Counted from the whole stretch's first letter, positions 38,436 to 51,291 are shown. The stretch: DNA of 52,638 bases, filler included, from Jimgerdemannia flammicorona (GCA_003990765.1; 2 parts of 2 records of this genome joined end to end with filler, not necessarily neighbours in it), one strand, 5' to 3'. Notes: generated from the sequence alone by a model not told the origin. Translations and numbers: made by a program.

Positions 38436-39031
38436 TAGTGCTCCGAACAAGTCAATCCAGATGGGATTCGGATGAATTGGAATCCCATTCAGATCAACTC
38501 AGATTGGATTCGAATCCCATCCAGATGGATTCGAATCCCATCCGGATGGATTCAAATCCCATCCGGATGGATTCAAATCAACTATTGTTTTGATTTCCAA
38601 ATTGGACAATTAAATGTTTACATCAATAACTCAATGAATATCATCCAAATTTGATGATATTGGTGTCATTTAAAAGCCCTTAATAAGGCCTTTCTAATGA
38701 TATCAAGAACATTAAAATCAGATTACACATTGCCAAGATATTAAGGAAAACATTCTATTTGATGAAATTTCCAAAATCAGCAAATCGAAGAATTTCCAAA
38801 ATTGGCAATTCAGATGGTTTCCTTCATAACTCAGCAACGCATGATCGGATTTCAATGTTCTTAGTATCATTAGATAGGCTTTATTAAGGGCTTTCAAATG
38901 ACACCAATATCATCAAATTTGGATGATTATTCATTGAGTTATTGATGTAAACATTTAATTATCTAATTTGGAAATCAAAACAATGGTTGATCAAATCCCA
39001 TCTGGATTAAATTGACTCATTAGGAGCACTA
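38436..39031. mobile_element. hAT-type MITE 2, 596 bp
   Basis: TIR TAGTGCTCC / GGAGCACTA. 8-bp TSD TGATAGGG (38428-38435) / CGATAGGG (39032-39039). 21-bp tandem GGATTCGAATCCCATCCGGAT x~6 at the left end. Long internal inverted repeat. Confidence 0.92.
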
Positions 39032-39440
39032 CGATAGGGCACTACTGAGCTACCAACTATAGAAGAATCCTTTGACAGTATATAGAGTATAGTCCAGATA
39101 TACTTGTCATGAATTTTATACTTTAAAGTCTATTAGAACTGAACTAAGTTTTAAGAATACTTTAAGTTAGGACAGCTACTAAACTTATAGCCAGACATAG
39201 GGAAAGAAGACTGGATTAGAGAGTGCCAGACTGCCAAATGAGTCAATAAGATATTCAAGAATAGCAAGCCAACTCTAGCCTATTTTCATAGAGTAGTCTC
39301 AGAAGACTTTGGATATATTAAGAGATAATACTAGAAGTATGTAATAATACAAATAACACAGTATAAGAAGATACAAATTATAGAAGCTTAGGAGTTTGAA
39401 TAGGATATTTCAGAGACAAATTACCTATTCAAGAGGAAGT

Positions 39441-39888
39441 TGTGATAGTTGATCTGAATTAGGAATATGAATTAGGGGAATTAGACATTTGATCATAGTA
39501 TTTGAACCCAATTCCTGATATAGTATAGTCTTACAAATAGCAATTACTGTTATTTTATGAATGTTAAACTTTTCACAGATGTTAAAAATTTTATAGATAT
39601 TAAAAGATTTAATATTTGCAAAAAATGATTTATAGAAAGCATAGTTATAACTTAGCCACCTTATAGCTAGTAAACTTATATAAATAATTCAGTATCTTAG
39701 AATAAATAAATCTCAGATCAAAATAGTTCAAAGCAAAGAGAAAGCAAAGGAACTAGTAAGCCTATAGGTAAATATACTTCAAACGTACTCCTCTATATCC
39801 TGAGGACTCTGCAAGAGTCAGAACAAGTTAAGTTTTCAAGATACAGAAATCTGCCATACTTTTGAGATTAGATATCTACTATATTATA
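39441..39888 (+). repeat. 3' LTR of element B (LTR family B)
   Basis: Begins TGTGATAG directly after the PPT. Homologous to 40600-41017, 41126-41592 and 51292-51749. Confidence 0.85.
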
Positions 39889-40449
39889 ATATATAATAAA
39901 CTATCTAAAGAAATACTAAAATTATATATAAGAGTATATATAATATATATAAAATAATATTTCTAAAGATGTTTATATCAAATTAATTAAAAGTATATCC
40001 AGATATTGCTATAGTATATAAAGTCAAAGATAGATATGTTAAATACTAAATAAAAATAAAGAATCAAAACTATAATGATGATAATATAACTTAAAATAGT
40101 TATATAAATGTCTATATATCTAAATATAATAAAAAATACTATTCAAAAGCTAAAATACTATATTATTAATAGATCTTATAACATTTATATTAAAGCTATA
40201 ATATAATTATATTAAAAATAATTAAATATTATTATAGTTTTGGCTATCACTATATAAATTTATTTATCTTAAATCTCTCACTTGTTATTTACTAATATTG
40301 AGCAGAATTTCAGAAGTACTACAAGTTTAGATAACTTATTAGTCAGTATATATAAAAGTCAAATAAAGATTAGATTATTATCTATCAGATTTTTTATAGA
40401 TAGCTCGTAATTGTAAAACAGATCTTTAAATAATAAATTAATCTTATTA

Positions 40450-41017
40450 TATGTATCTCAGAGAGTTAACTTTAATGGACTTTTCAGATATATTTATAAA
40501 GAGTTTATTAAGAAGATATAATTATTTAGATAAAATAATATAAGATTATTTCAGATATAGAAGTTTAAGAGTTTAAATAAATATTTTAGAAATAGAATTT
40601 TTAATAGTTAATCTAAATTAGAAATAATTAAGAGATAGATATATATATTTAATTATGGTATCTAAATCTAATCTAAATTTAATATAGTATATAGTTAGTA
40701 GTTACTCAATTTATATAGTATAGAGAAATCTCTCACTTATATAGAAACCTCATAATTATAAAAAAATTATATATTACAGAAATGAGTCATAACTTAACCA
40801 CTATATAGCTAGCAAACTTATATAAATAATCTTAGTATTTAGAGTAAATAAACCTTTTATTAAAATAGTTTAAAAATAAAGAGACAAAGAAACTAGTAAG
40901 TTTATAGACAGATATTTTAATCTTACTCACTCTTATACTTGAGAAGTTAAAGAAGATCAAGTATTCAAGATAAAAAAATCTACTATAGTTTTCAGATTAT
41001 ATATCTATTATATTATA
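40450..41017 (+). repeat. Heavily eroded copy of the element B 3' end plus LTR
   Basis: TAGAAGTTTAAGAGTTTAAATAAATATTTTAGA matches 39380-39415. TCATAACTTAACCACTATATAGCTAGCAAACTTAT matches LTR family B. Confidence 0.7.
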
Positions 41018-41125
41018 ATATATATTTTAAATTAATTTTATAATTCTCTTATTTTTATAGTTTTTTTCTTTTTTCTTTTATATATTAATATTTAGTAATA
41101 TGTATAAAATATAATAAATATATAG

Positions 41126-41592
41126 TGTGATGGTATAGCCAGATTCGGAAGAAGGAAATAGGGAATAAATACTTGATCGCACCTAGTCCCAAAGTAGTAT
41201 AGCCACATAGTTAACAGTCCTCGATTTCACAACTTGCTAAATATTCCACAAAGTACAAGATCAAGCTTCCTAATATAGTATAGCATTTTACAACTGGCAA
41301 AACATTTCGCAAAGTATTAAATGACTCATAACTTAGCCATGTAACTCAGTGACCATCTCATAGCTAGCAAACTTGTATAAATAACCCAGTATCTTTGAGT
41401 GAATAAACCTCAGATCGAAATAGTTCAAAGCAAAGAGATAGCAAAGAAACTAGTAAGCCTGCAGGCAGATACACTTCAAACTCACCCACCTTCTCCTGCA
41501 ACTTCAAGAGACTCTGCAAGAGTCAGAATAGTTAAGTTTTCAAGATACAGAAATCTGATGTACTTTCAAAAGTAAGTATCTGCTACATTACA
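41126..41592 (+). repeat. Solo LTR related to family B (younger, divergent 5' half)
   Basis: TGTGATGG...CATTACA termini flanked by ATAG/ATAG. 3' 270 bp homologous to LTR B. Retains several CpGs. Confidence 0.75.
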
Positions 41593-42394
41593 ATAGTTAA
41601 TATTTTTTAATAAATAACTTCAATATTTAGATTATTTATTTATTTATTATTATTATTAAAATTAAATTATTTTTACTAAAATTCTTTTAATAAGAATATC
41701 TCTTATTATTATTTAATAATAGTTATTACTAAATATTAAATATATTTCTAGATTATAAATAATTATAATTTTATTTTTAATATTATATATTAGACTTACT
41801 ATTATTTTTATTATTATTAAAACAAATAGTAGTAATTATATAATTTATAAATATAATCTAAAGAAGATCAAAGAATATTTTAAAAATAAATAATTATAAC
41901 TTTAATATTGTAGTTACTAATAGTTAGTAGATAGTAATTTTAAATATAATATATAATATTATTATAATTTATATTTATATTATATTTAGAAAGATATATA
42001 TAAGGTTATTATACTAGTATTAATACTATTATTAAGTTTAAATATAAAAAGCTAAATAAAATATAATAACTATTTATATAATTATATAGAAAAATAAAAT
42101 TAAAATTAAAAATTAAAATTATATATCCCTTTAATTATAGATGAGATCATCTTTTAAAATTATTTAGCAGACAAATTAAGGTTTGAAAAATGATTTTTTG
42201 AAACATTGTTTTTCTGTTAAAAATATATCTCAATTTGTTTAAAAAAAATTTTTTTTTATTAAAGATAGAATTATTATATAAAAATTATTAGTAAATTTCT
42301 TTTTAAAAGCTATTATGATTTTAAAAGTTATAAACTTTTAAAATCTTATATTTAAATATAAGTATAAAATAGTCAAATAGATATATATATATAT

Positions 42395-43560
42395 TTAACA
42401 GACTCAAGTCTTATAGATTTTTATTAGAAGAAAATCTAGAATATAGACCAAAACCCTCTCTTACTCCTACTCTGAGTACTATATCTCTATGAATCTAAAC
42501 TAGCTATTATTTAGTAGTTTGACTATATTAAGTATAGTAGAGCTTATGATAGCCTATATTTCATTCTATATATTATATTTTTTCTATTATTAGAAATAAA
42601 GTAACTATATATTTATAACTAAAGATATATATTCAAAACTTCAATATATATAAGATTATGCCTAAGCTAAATAGAATAGCCTCTTTTACTCTAAATAGAG
42701 TAATATATATATAAAGAAAAATCTTTCAAAAAATACAAAATAATAGATAAAATCTGGTTCTTTCTGATGAGGTGAGTAGAGAACTTATATAAGATAAGAG
42801 GAGATATTTTACTATTTAAGTCTATAGGCCTCAATTATATTACTATATCAGCTCTTAGTTCTAGTTAAATATAGTTAAGATATCTGATCTGAGTAGCTTT
42901 GAATTCTCTAATAACTTCTAATAACTAGAGTCTAATCTTATATATTACTGAAAGCTACTAAGAGTAATATCTACTATCTAACTACTCTATACTAATTAGA
43001 AGACTCTGATATAGTATGTATCTATATCAGCTTTAATAATTATCACTAGTCTGATATTCTACTAGTTTATCATAATTACTCTTTCTTTTATTTATAATAA
43101 CTATCTTCTCTTCTATCCTGACTCTATCTAAAAAGTAATCATCTATACTAGAACTATACTTGCTAAAAAGTTTGTCAAAGCTCAGAAGACTCTTATTATA
43201 GATATCAAAGATCTATAGATAATCTATACTAATACTTAATATCAAAGATCAGTTGACTCTCTATATAGTCTATGATATATTAAGATAATATCTTATTAAT
43301 GATAATAAAAGAAAGAAGGCAGTATACTAAATGAATATACTCTAGATATAGCCAGAGATATCAGAATCATAAAAAAGTAGAGAAAGTACTAATCTAATAT
43401 TAATAAAGAGATAACTTATCACTATTGTCTCCCTTTTACTATTCTACAATAAGTATAGTAAACTAATCTGAAATAGAGAGAATAAAAGTTATAAAAAAGA
43501 GACTTAAAAGATTATCTATCAAAATCTTATAACTGATATAATAGTAAAGAAAAAAGAAAT
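42395..43560. repeat. AT-eroded copy of the repeat at 1-1250
   Basis: Colinear blocks such as ATCTATACTAGAACTATACT vs ATCTATGCCAGAACTATACT. Differences are almost all C->T / G->A. Confidence 0.75.
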
Positions 43561-43949
43561 TAAAACTATATATATATATTTATTTAATTTTAAATATATG
43601 AAGTCTCAAGTATATAACTCTGATAAACTACTTAATAAAATTATTAATCTTTATTTGAATTTATTAATATATATCAAAAAGATTATATAATACTTAAAAT
43701 TAAATATAGTTAATATAATGAGTTTTGCAAATATTACCAAAGTAATCTTGAAGTAGAACTTAATTATATCTTAGTAAAAAAAAATAATATTTATAGTAAT
43801 AATCTTTATTATCTCTAGAACAAACAAATATTAAGAAAAAATATATCTCAGTCCTCATAAAATCTACTTTCTCTTTTCTCATTATTGTTATCTTCTTAAT
43901 ACTCTCCCTCTGTTCTTTTGTCTCCATTGTTCTCTCCATTCTCTGCCCT

Positions 43950-44487
43950 GCCTCAAACCTGTTTACACACCGCCTGATCTCAGCCTTGACTAGCTGCCGC
44001 ATGTTTGTCATATGTGGCTTAAAAATCATCCAGCACAAATAAACACGATCCGTGATGCTAGTACCTTTTAAGCAGCAGTGGCCTTGCGCGTGGCCGTTTG
44101 TTTGGCTTTTTCCGAGAACCAATCAGAGCAGAGAAGCATTGGGTGGCCCAGTAAACGACAGCAACTGGGTTCTGAGCATTTGAGCCGGCCACTTTTAAAA
44201 ATGTTATCTCTAGTGGCCTTAGTATGACTCAAAAAAAGGAAGAAAGTGATGCAAAAATAAGTTAATCCGAGATGTTGGAAGGGACCCAGCGGTTGGCCGA
44301 AATGGGCCGAAATGCCCAAAGTCGGAGAATTTTGTGATGACGAGTGGCCAGAAACACAAACTCAATTATCCTGTTCAGATCTCTCTCACTGACTGCCTTA
44401 TTAAAGAAAGCGAACTATCATAGCCTTGCGACAGCAGCGACTCCCCCCCCCTCTCTCTTCTTTCCTCACAAAACCTACTACGACTCA
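43950..44487 (+). promoter_or_regulatory. Probable promoter/5' region of the ABCC gene (CpG-retaining)
   Basis: Abrupt return of CpG and normal GC content ~540 bp upstream of the ATG; pyrimidine tract just before the start. No specific site identified. Confidence 0.4.
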
Positions 44488-45236
44488 ATGCCCACCAACG
44501 TGTGTTCCTCTTGGGTACGTAGTAAAAAGCTTAAATGAAATAACTGCCGAGTTGCCCGAGACCTGTAAACGACGATACCAACCACATACTGACGAGCATC
44601 ACAACGGCACTCGGGCACTTTTTTTTTTAGGACTTCTGGGAGAATGACGACTTCACACCTTGCTTCCGAGAGCTGTACGTACCGACACCTGTTCCTCGTC
44701 GTCAAGTTCGATTATCAGATTTCTAACCCCACATCGATGTTATTCAATGTGTCCTCTTTTTCAGGGTTATCGACGCCGGGTTACTCACGATCACGGCCTT
44801 AGTCTCCGCTATCTCCCTCTACCTATCCTACCGCCGCCAAAAGCGCAACGCGACCCCGGCCTATTCACCCCTCGTGAGCGGCAAAGACGCCGCTCCGACG
44901 GTCTCATACGGCTCGATCACCACCCCACCCTCGTCGTCGTCGTCGTCCTCCTCTTCGTCCGTGGAGCACGTCGACGACGATGCTGACTCTGAAGACACGC
45001 TGATGGCGGAGCTGGACGCGCCATCCAAGATCACCGTAGTCGATCTCTTGCGGTTCCTGGCCTTCTTTCAGGTTGCGCTGTACATATTCGCTATCTCTGG
45101 CGGCCTTCATCATGATGAGACGTCCGCGCTTAGTCTCAGCTATGCATTCTCCGCCTCAATCTGGGTACGTACTCGCTGGGGGACTTTATCTAAAAATTGA
45201 AATTACCACCCAACCTTTACTTACTAAGGTCTCTCC

Positions 45237-45272
<36 letters not shown>

Positions 45273-48200
45273 TCGCAGCTCTACGCTTCGATCCTCTCCA
45301 TTGTCCACATTCTCGCCTGCCGCTCGCACAGTCCCCTCGGCGCCATGATCCGCTCGCACCTGAACGCCATCTACGCCGTCGCGTTCCTCATCTCGCTCGT
45401 GGACCTGCGATCGTTGTACCTCGTGCACGGTATCTTGTCCGTCGATCTTACGTACGCGGTTGCCTTGGCCAACAGCGTGGTTACCCTCGCTTTATGTGTT
45501 GTTGTCGCGAGCGAATGCAAGGAAGATCAGCCAGTCAAGAGGACGGAGAACGTAAGTTAAAACGTCGCTAAGACGGTGCAAGAAGAAGGCTGTGGAGAAT
45601 ATTAGACTGGATACAATAATGTCGATGGTGGCCCAATCCTGGAGCTAACATTCAATCCTCCTTTATTTTACACCAAAAATAGCGTCGCTACCTGTCAAAG
45701 GAGGTTAATGCCTCAATTTATTCGCGGTTTATGTTCAATTGGGTGAAACCCATGATGAAAGAAGGCTATTCGCGCGCGATCAACGACGAAGACCTGCCCG
45801 AGCTCCCCGTCGAGAACCGGACCAAATACGCGCTCGCCAACTTTCGCGAGCACCGTGTAACCAGCCTCCTCCTTTCCCTCGGCTACTCTTTCCGCTCCGA
45901 GCTGACGATACAGGTCTTTTACGCTCTCGGCTGGTCCATCTTCATCTTCGGCCCGCCCTACTTCCTCAATCTCATTGTCGGCTTTATCGAGAAGGCCCCC
46001 TCCCAGCGCGAGCCAATTTTTACCGCATATCTCTACGTCTTTGGCCTCTTCATTTCCAACGTTGTACAATCTTTATCATTCCAGCGCGCGCTCTACATTG
46101 GCCGCGTCCTCCACATCCGTATTCGGTCCATTATAATCGGCGAGGTGTACGCCAAGGCCCTGCGCAGGCGCGACACTACCTCGTCTAACGCCTCAAAGGA
46201 CGATGCCAAGGCGGTCGACTCTACGCCCACTACCGAGGACAAAACCGAAAAGAAGATTGGCAACATCAACAACCTGGTGTCCGTGGATACGCAGAAGATT
46301 GGCGAGCTTAGCGCCTACATATTCTATATCTACGCGTACCCAATTCAGATCCTGATCTGCATCTGGTCGCTCTGGCGCCTACTGGGTTACTCGGCCATGT
46401 TCGGCGTCGCTGTCATCATCATCACCTACCCGCTGCCCGCCCATCTCTCCAAGGCGTACGAGAACTCACACAAGGACGTCATGCAGGCCACTGACAAACG
46501 CTTGACCCTGATGAACGAGCTCCTGCATGCCATGAGGATCGTCAAGTTCTTTGCCTGGGAGAGCCAGTTCCGCTCCCGTATCCTCAAAGCCCGCGAGAAC
46601 GAGCTTAAGGCTATCCGCTCCAGACTTATGCAGTACCTGTGGATGGGAAACGTCTGGTTCATAATCCCCATTCTCATCATGCTTAGCGTCTTCTTGGCCT
46701 ACACCAAGCTCGCCGGCAACGAGCTCACCGCCACCGTCGCCTTCACCGCCCTTGCTCTCTTCACGAACCTGAGATTCGCCCTCGACGAGATGCCCTTCAT
46801 CGTTTCCTCCATTCTCCAAACCAAGGTTGCTCTGCGCCGCGTGGCGGATTTCCTCGCCGAGCCCGAAATCGACAAGGACGCCCACGAGGTGCGAATCGGC
46901 AAGGCCGAGTTCATCGGGTTCAAGGACAACGCGTCGTTCCAGTGGTTCTATAACGTCCCCGATGGCACCGGCGCCGAGCCCGACTCCGCCAATCCGGGTC
47001 AAAAATTCAAGCTCAAAAACCTCAACATATCCTTCCCACCCGGCGAGCTGTCCATCGTCTGCGGCCCCACCGGGTGCGGCAAGACTTCGCTCATCAGTTC
47101 GCTTATGGGCGAGACGAATTGCCTCGCTGGCCGCGCTGTCCTGCCGCGCAAGCGATCGGCCCACCGGCGCGATGAAGGAGGCGCCGTCTCCGGCACCGCG
47201 TACGTCTCGCAGACAGCATGGCTCCAGAATGACACCATCCGAAACAACGTCCTGTTCGGAAGGCCCTTCGACGAGGACCGATACCAGCAGGTGTTATACA
47301 TGTGCGCATTGACGCGTGATCTTGAGATTCTTGAGCACGGCGACCAAACTGAGATCGGCGAGAAGGGTATTACACTCTCGGGAGGCCAGAAGCAACGCTT
47401 GGCCCTCGCGCGCGCCGTATACTCCCAGGCCGACATCATCATCCTCGACGACTGCCTCAGCGCCGTTGACGCACACACCGCAAAACATTTGTATGAGCAC
47501 TGCCTCATGGGCTGCCTGATGCGCGACCGCACTCGCATCCTCGTCACGCACCACGTCGGGCTATGCCTCCGTGGCGCCGCGCACGTTGTCGCCATGCGCG
47601 ATGGCGAGGTCGTCGGAAGCGGAAGCCCTGCTGACGTACTCCGGAGCGGCGTGCTCGGAGACGAAGTCACGCTTGAGGAGGAACGCATTGAGGAGAAGGA
47701 AAGCGAGGCCGTCGAGGGGAAGGTTCCCGTGCTTCCGGTGACGGTCACTAAGAAGCACGAGGAAGGCTCGGGTAAGCTCGTGGCCGACGAGACGCGCGCC
47801 AAGGGCGGTGTTAGTAGGGAAGTATATGCTCTGTACTTCAACGCTGCCGGTGGGGTCTGGTTCTGGATTGCTGTCGTTGCGCTGTTTGCGCTCACGCAAG
47901 TCATGGTCATTGGGCAGGATTACTGGATCAAGGTGTGGGCTGCCGCGTATAAGACTGAGAATGCCGATTTGAAGGCGAACGCTACTCGGTTCGATACGGC
48001 TAGTGTGCTCTTTGGATCGCAGTCGTATAGCCAGATTCCGTCATTGGAGTATGTGTCCAAGCAGGTTGTGTCTTTGTTGTGGATAGGTGATGGTGAGAAT
48101 GTAGAGGTGGATGTCAACTATTACCTTATTGTGTACTTCCTTATCGGTGAGTTTTTGAGCATTGCTGGGCTTCGTAATCCTGGATAGTAGAATTTCATTA

Positions 48201-50045
48201 TGATCGCGAAAGCAAGAGATGGCTGATTTCTCCTTTAACTGCCACATCTCCAAAACATGTAGGTGTTGCCACCATGCTCGTCGCCACCGTTCGCTCTTGG
48301 CTGCTCTTCATGGGTTCATTGGAAGCATCGCGCAGTTTGCACGCCAACCTACTTGATCGGATCCTTCGCGCCAAACTTCGTTTCTTCGATACCACGCCTC
48401 TCGGTCGTATCGTCAACCGATTTTCGTCAGACATGGAGACCGTTGACCAGAACGTCGCCCCCTCAGCCTCTTACCTTCTCTACTCAGTCATCGCCACCAG
48501 CTACGTCATCATGCTCGTCTCCTACGTCACGCCCCTCTTCCTTATCCCCGGCTTCTTCATTGCCTTAATCTTCTGGGGCATCGGTATCTATTACCTTCGC
48601 ACCTCTCGCAACCTGAAGCGCCTCAACTCCACCTCCCGCAGCCCTATCTACGTGCACTTCAACGAGACCGTTAACGGAGTATCGACGATCCGCGCCTTCG
48701 GTGCCGAGCAGCGCTTTATCCGCGACAACTGGTGCAAGGTGGACACCAACAACCGCCCGTTCATCTGGATGTGGGCCACGAACCGGTGGCTCCACTGCCG
48801 CGTCGACATTCTCGGTGCCTTCTTCGGTTTCTGCACGGGGGTCGTCATTGTCATGAGCATCAGTTGGATCGACGCCGGTATGGCTGGCCTCTCCCTCAGC
48901 TACGCCCTAACTTTCACCCACCATATCTTATGGGTCGTGCGTATGTACGCCGCCAACGAGATGAACCTCAATGCCATCGAGCGTGTGCAAGAGTACATGC
49001 AAATTGACGAGGAGCCGCCGAGCAGGATTCCCGAGAATGCGCCTGCCGCGTCGTGGCCGCATGCTGGTGAAATTGTGGTCGAGGATTTGGTGATGCAGTA
49101 TGCGCCGGAGAATCCTTCGGTGATCAAGGATCTAAGTTTCCATGTGAGGCCGAGGGAGAAGGTTGGGATTGTCGGGAGGACGGGGAGCGGAAAGAGTACC
49201 TTGGCTATCAGTCTGTTTAGGTTTATGGAGCCGACGAAGGGAAGGATCGTAATCGATGGGGTTGATATTCATAAGATTGGCCTGGAAGGTATGTTGAGAT
49301 TGTTTGTGTTTCTAGAGTCTGAGATAAGCAGTGAAGGAATTTGGCGTTTATCTCACACTTCTTTCGACTTGCGTAGATCTTCGTTCAAAGTTGACCATCA
49401 TTCCGCAAGATCCAGTCTTGTTCTCTGGCACACTGCGTAGCAACTTGGTATGTCATCTTACCATCGGTTTATACATATATTACGCACTGTCAATTCTCGA
49501 GTCTCTAACATCGACCTTTTATTTTTTATAACTCGCAGGATCCCTTTGATCAACATGATGATGCCGCGCTCTGGGCAGCTCTCAAACGCTCTCACCTCAT
49601 TGAGGAAGGTGGCTCTGCATCCGAACAGTTCGCCAGCCTCGATTCCCCCGTCTCCGAAAACGGCTCCAACTTCAGTCAAGGCCAGCGCCAGCTTATCGCG
49701 CTCGCTCGCGCGCTAGTCAAGCGCTCCAAGTTGATCGTCATGGACGAGGCGACGAGCAGCGTCGACTTTGATACCGACCACAAGATCCAGCAAACGATCC
49801 GCAACGAATTTGTAGATTCGTCGTTGCTCTGCATTGCCCATCGCATCCGAACAGTCGCCGATTACGACCGCATCCTGGTTCTGGATGCTGGGCAGGTGGT
49901 GGAGTACGACACGCCATACAAGCTCATGATGCAGGAGAACGGCGTGTTTAGGTCCATGTGTGAGCGCAGCGGCGAGTTTGTGGATCTATTAGCGATCGCT
50001 AAGACGAAGGCTGAGCAGGATCACGCTGTGGGTGGGCAGGCGTAA
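44488..50045 (+). CDS. ABCC/MRP-family ABC transporter (Ybt1/Bpt1/Ycf1-like; TMD0-TMD1-NBD1-TMD2-NBD2), ~1603 aa, 8 exons: 44488-44514, 44631-44674, 44765-45164, 45279-45551, 45683-48146, 48263-49288, 49377-49447, 49539-50045
   Basis: All introns are GT..AG, most with CTAAC/CTGAC-type branch sites. Spliced length 4812 nt, in frame. DFTPCF N-terminal motif. NBD1 GPTGCGKT, LSGGQKQR, IIILDD. FFDTTPLGRIVNRFS. NBD2 GRTGSGKS, FSQGQRQ, IVMDEAT. Exon 1 is the least certain. Confidence 0.93.
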
Positions 50046-51291
50046 CGAAATTGTGGATTGTATCGCAAATTCTTCGGCCGAAAAGTTCGTTGTGCCTAGG
50101 GGGGGTTTTTTTTTTTTTCGTATATTCTCCTACAACCATATTGCAATCATTAGTTATGTCTTTCTAGCATCTCGCCTACCGTTTCGAAACTTCCGTCGTT
50201 TTTGTCCACTTCCTCTTGCTACCATGATATCTGTTCATACAACGCGCATAACGTTTGAATAAATATTCGACCAATGAAACTATGATTTTGGTACGCACCT
50301 TTTCAAGGTGCATACATGTCGCTCTCGTTGATAGTGCAACCTCTGAGTGTTACCAGACTGGCTTCAAACCTCGACTGAAACTATCTGGCGGCAGCTGCCG
50401 CTGGTTGAGCTCCCTACACAGATTAATTGGGGTTATAATACTCAATAAAAAAAAAAAAAAAAAAAGATAATGTCTAGGTGCGTACTGTATGCGGAATGTA
50501 GAGAGAAGCAATAAAACCCCATGCTAAATTCGCCCTAATTTTTTATTTTATTTTTATTTTCCACTGTATTATTCGGGCGGTGTAATGTATTACTGGAATG
50601 TTTTAATTGATACTCAAGTTACGCGTTGCAAATTATTGATGACGTATATATATACATATTGATAACATTTAGTAAAATTACAAAAAAAAATATATTCTAA
50701 TCTTATATCTAATATCTTTTAATTTATAAATGAGAATATGGTTAAGTAGGTGTTCTTTTTTTTTTTTTTTTTTTTTTTTTAAAAATATTTTTTTTTTTTT
50801 TTTTTCAAAAATATTTTTATTATTATTTCTTATTCTATAGTCATATGTAGGCAAATTTATATAATATTATCATTAGATATAGTGATCTCATTGTTTAGAG
50901 ATATGTATATTATATAAGTATCTACTTCTATACTATAATAAAACTATACTATAATAGAATTAATATATTGTGAATAGTCAAGATAATTATCAGCCTTAAG
51001 TTCTGAGTTTTTATAAGAAAGTACTAAGATTTAATTATCTATTATAACAGTATAGTCCAAGTATCACTTTTAGGTTCTTATACTAGTAGTAGAGATACTA
51101 TACTTATATCCTAAGTTGATTAGACTTAGAATTATTAATAAGTCAGATTTGAGAGTTCTGTAATAAGAATATTGCTTTATTCTTATATTTATGAAAAGTG
51201 AAAGCTAAGATTATAATATACTCAATATAGAAGATATTTATACAGATTCAAAGCTATGTATGACTAAATATAGTATACTAGATATATCTAT

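Larger units (their letters stand above)
27125..39888 (+). mobile_element. Ty3/Gypsy element B (gag knuckle-PR-dUTPase-RT-RH-IN-3'LTR), 5'-truncated, carrying nested insertions
   Basis: Decayed knuckle GTCYTYREEDHYSYKY (~27175). Protease AIINTGVGG (~27805) is split at TAD by the 27903-34732 insertion and resumes with YDILISNQWL. RT SSPWAS, RLCTDYKKLN, YVDD (36381). RH KLECLAVIWAIEKF, QTDH. IN IDIIGPL, TDRGTEF, VERTN, KGPY. PPT AAGAGGAAG precedes the LTR at 39441. Confidence 0.9.

Noticed and set aside
38460..38580. GGATTCGAATCC repeats resembling tRNA T-loops
   Set aside because: Tandem 21-bp MITE subterminal units with no tRNA structure.
39890..40450. Possible transposase relic in AT-rich DNA (also 41600-42390 and 50700-51290)
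   Set aside because: Too eroded to support any family assignment by eye.
46426..48253. Long antisense/alternate-frame ORFs (e.g. 303 aa at 46999-47910, 232 aa at 46466-47164)
   Set aside because: Shadows of the GC-rich ABCC coding strand; no motifs.
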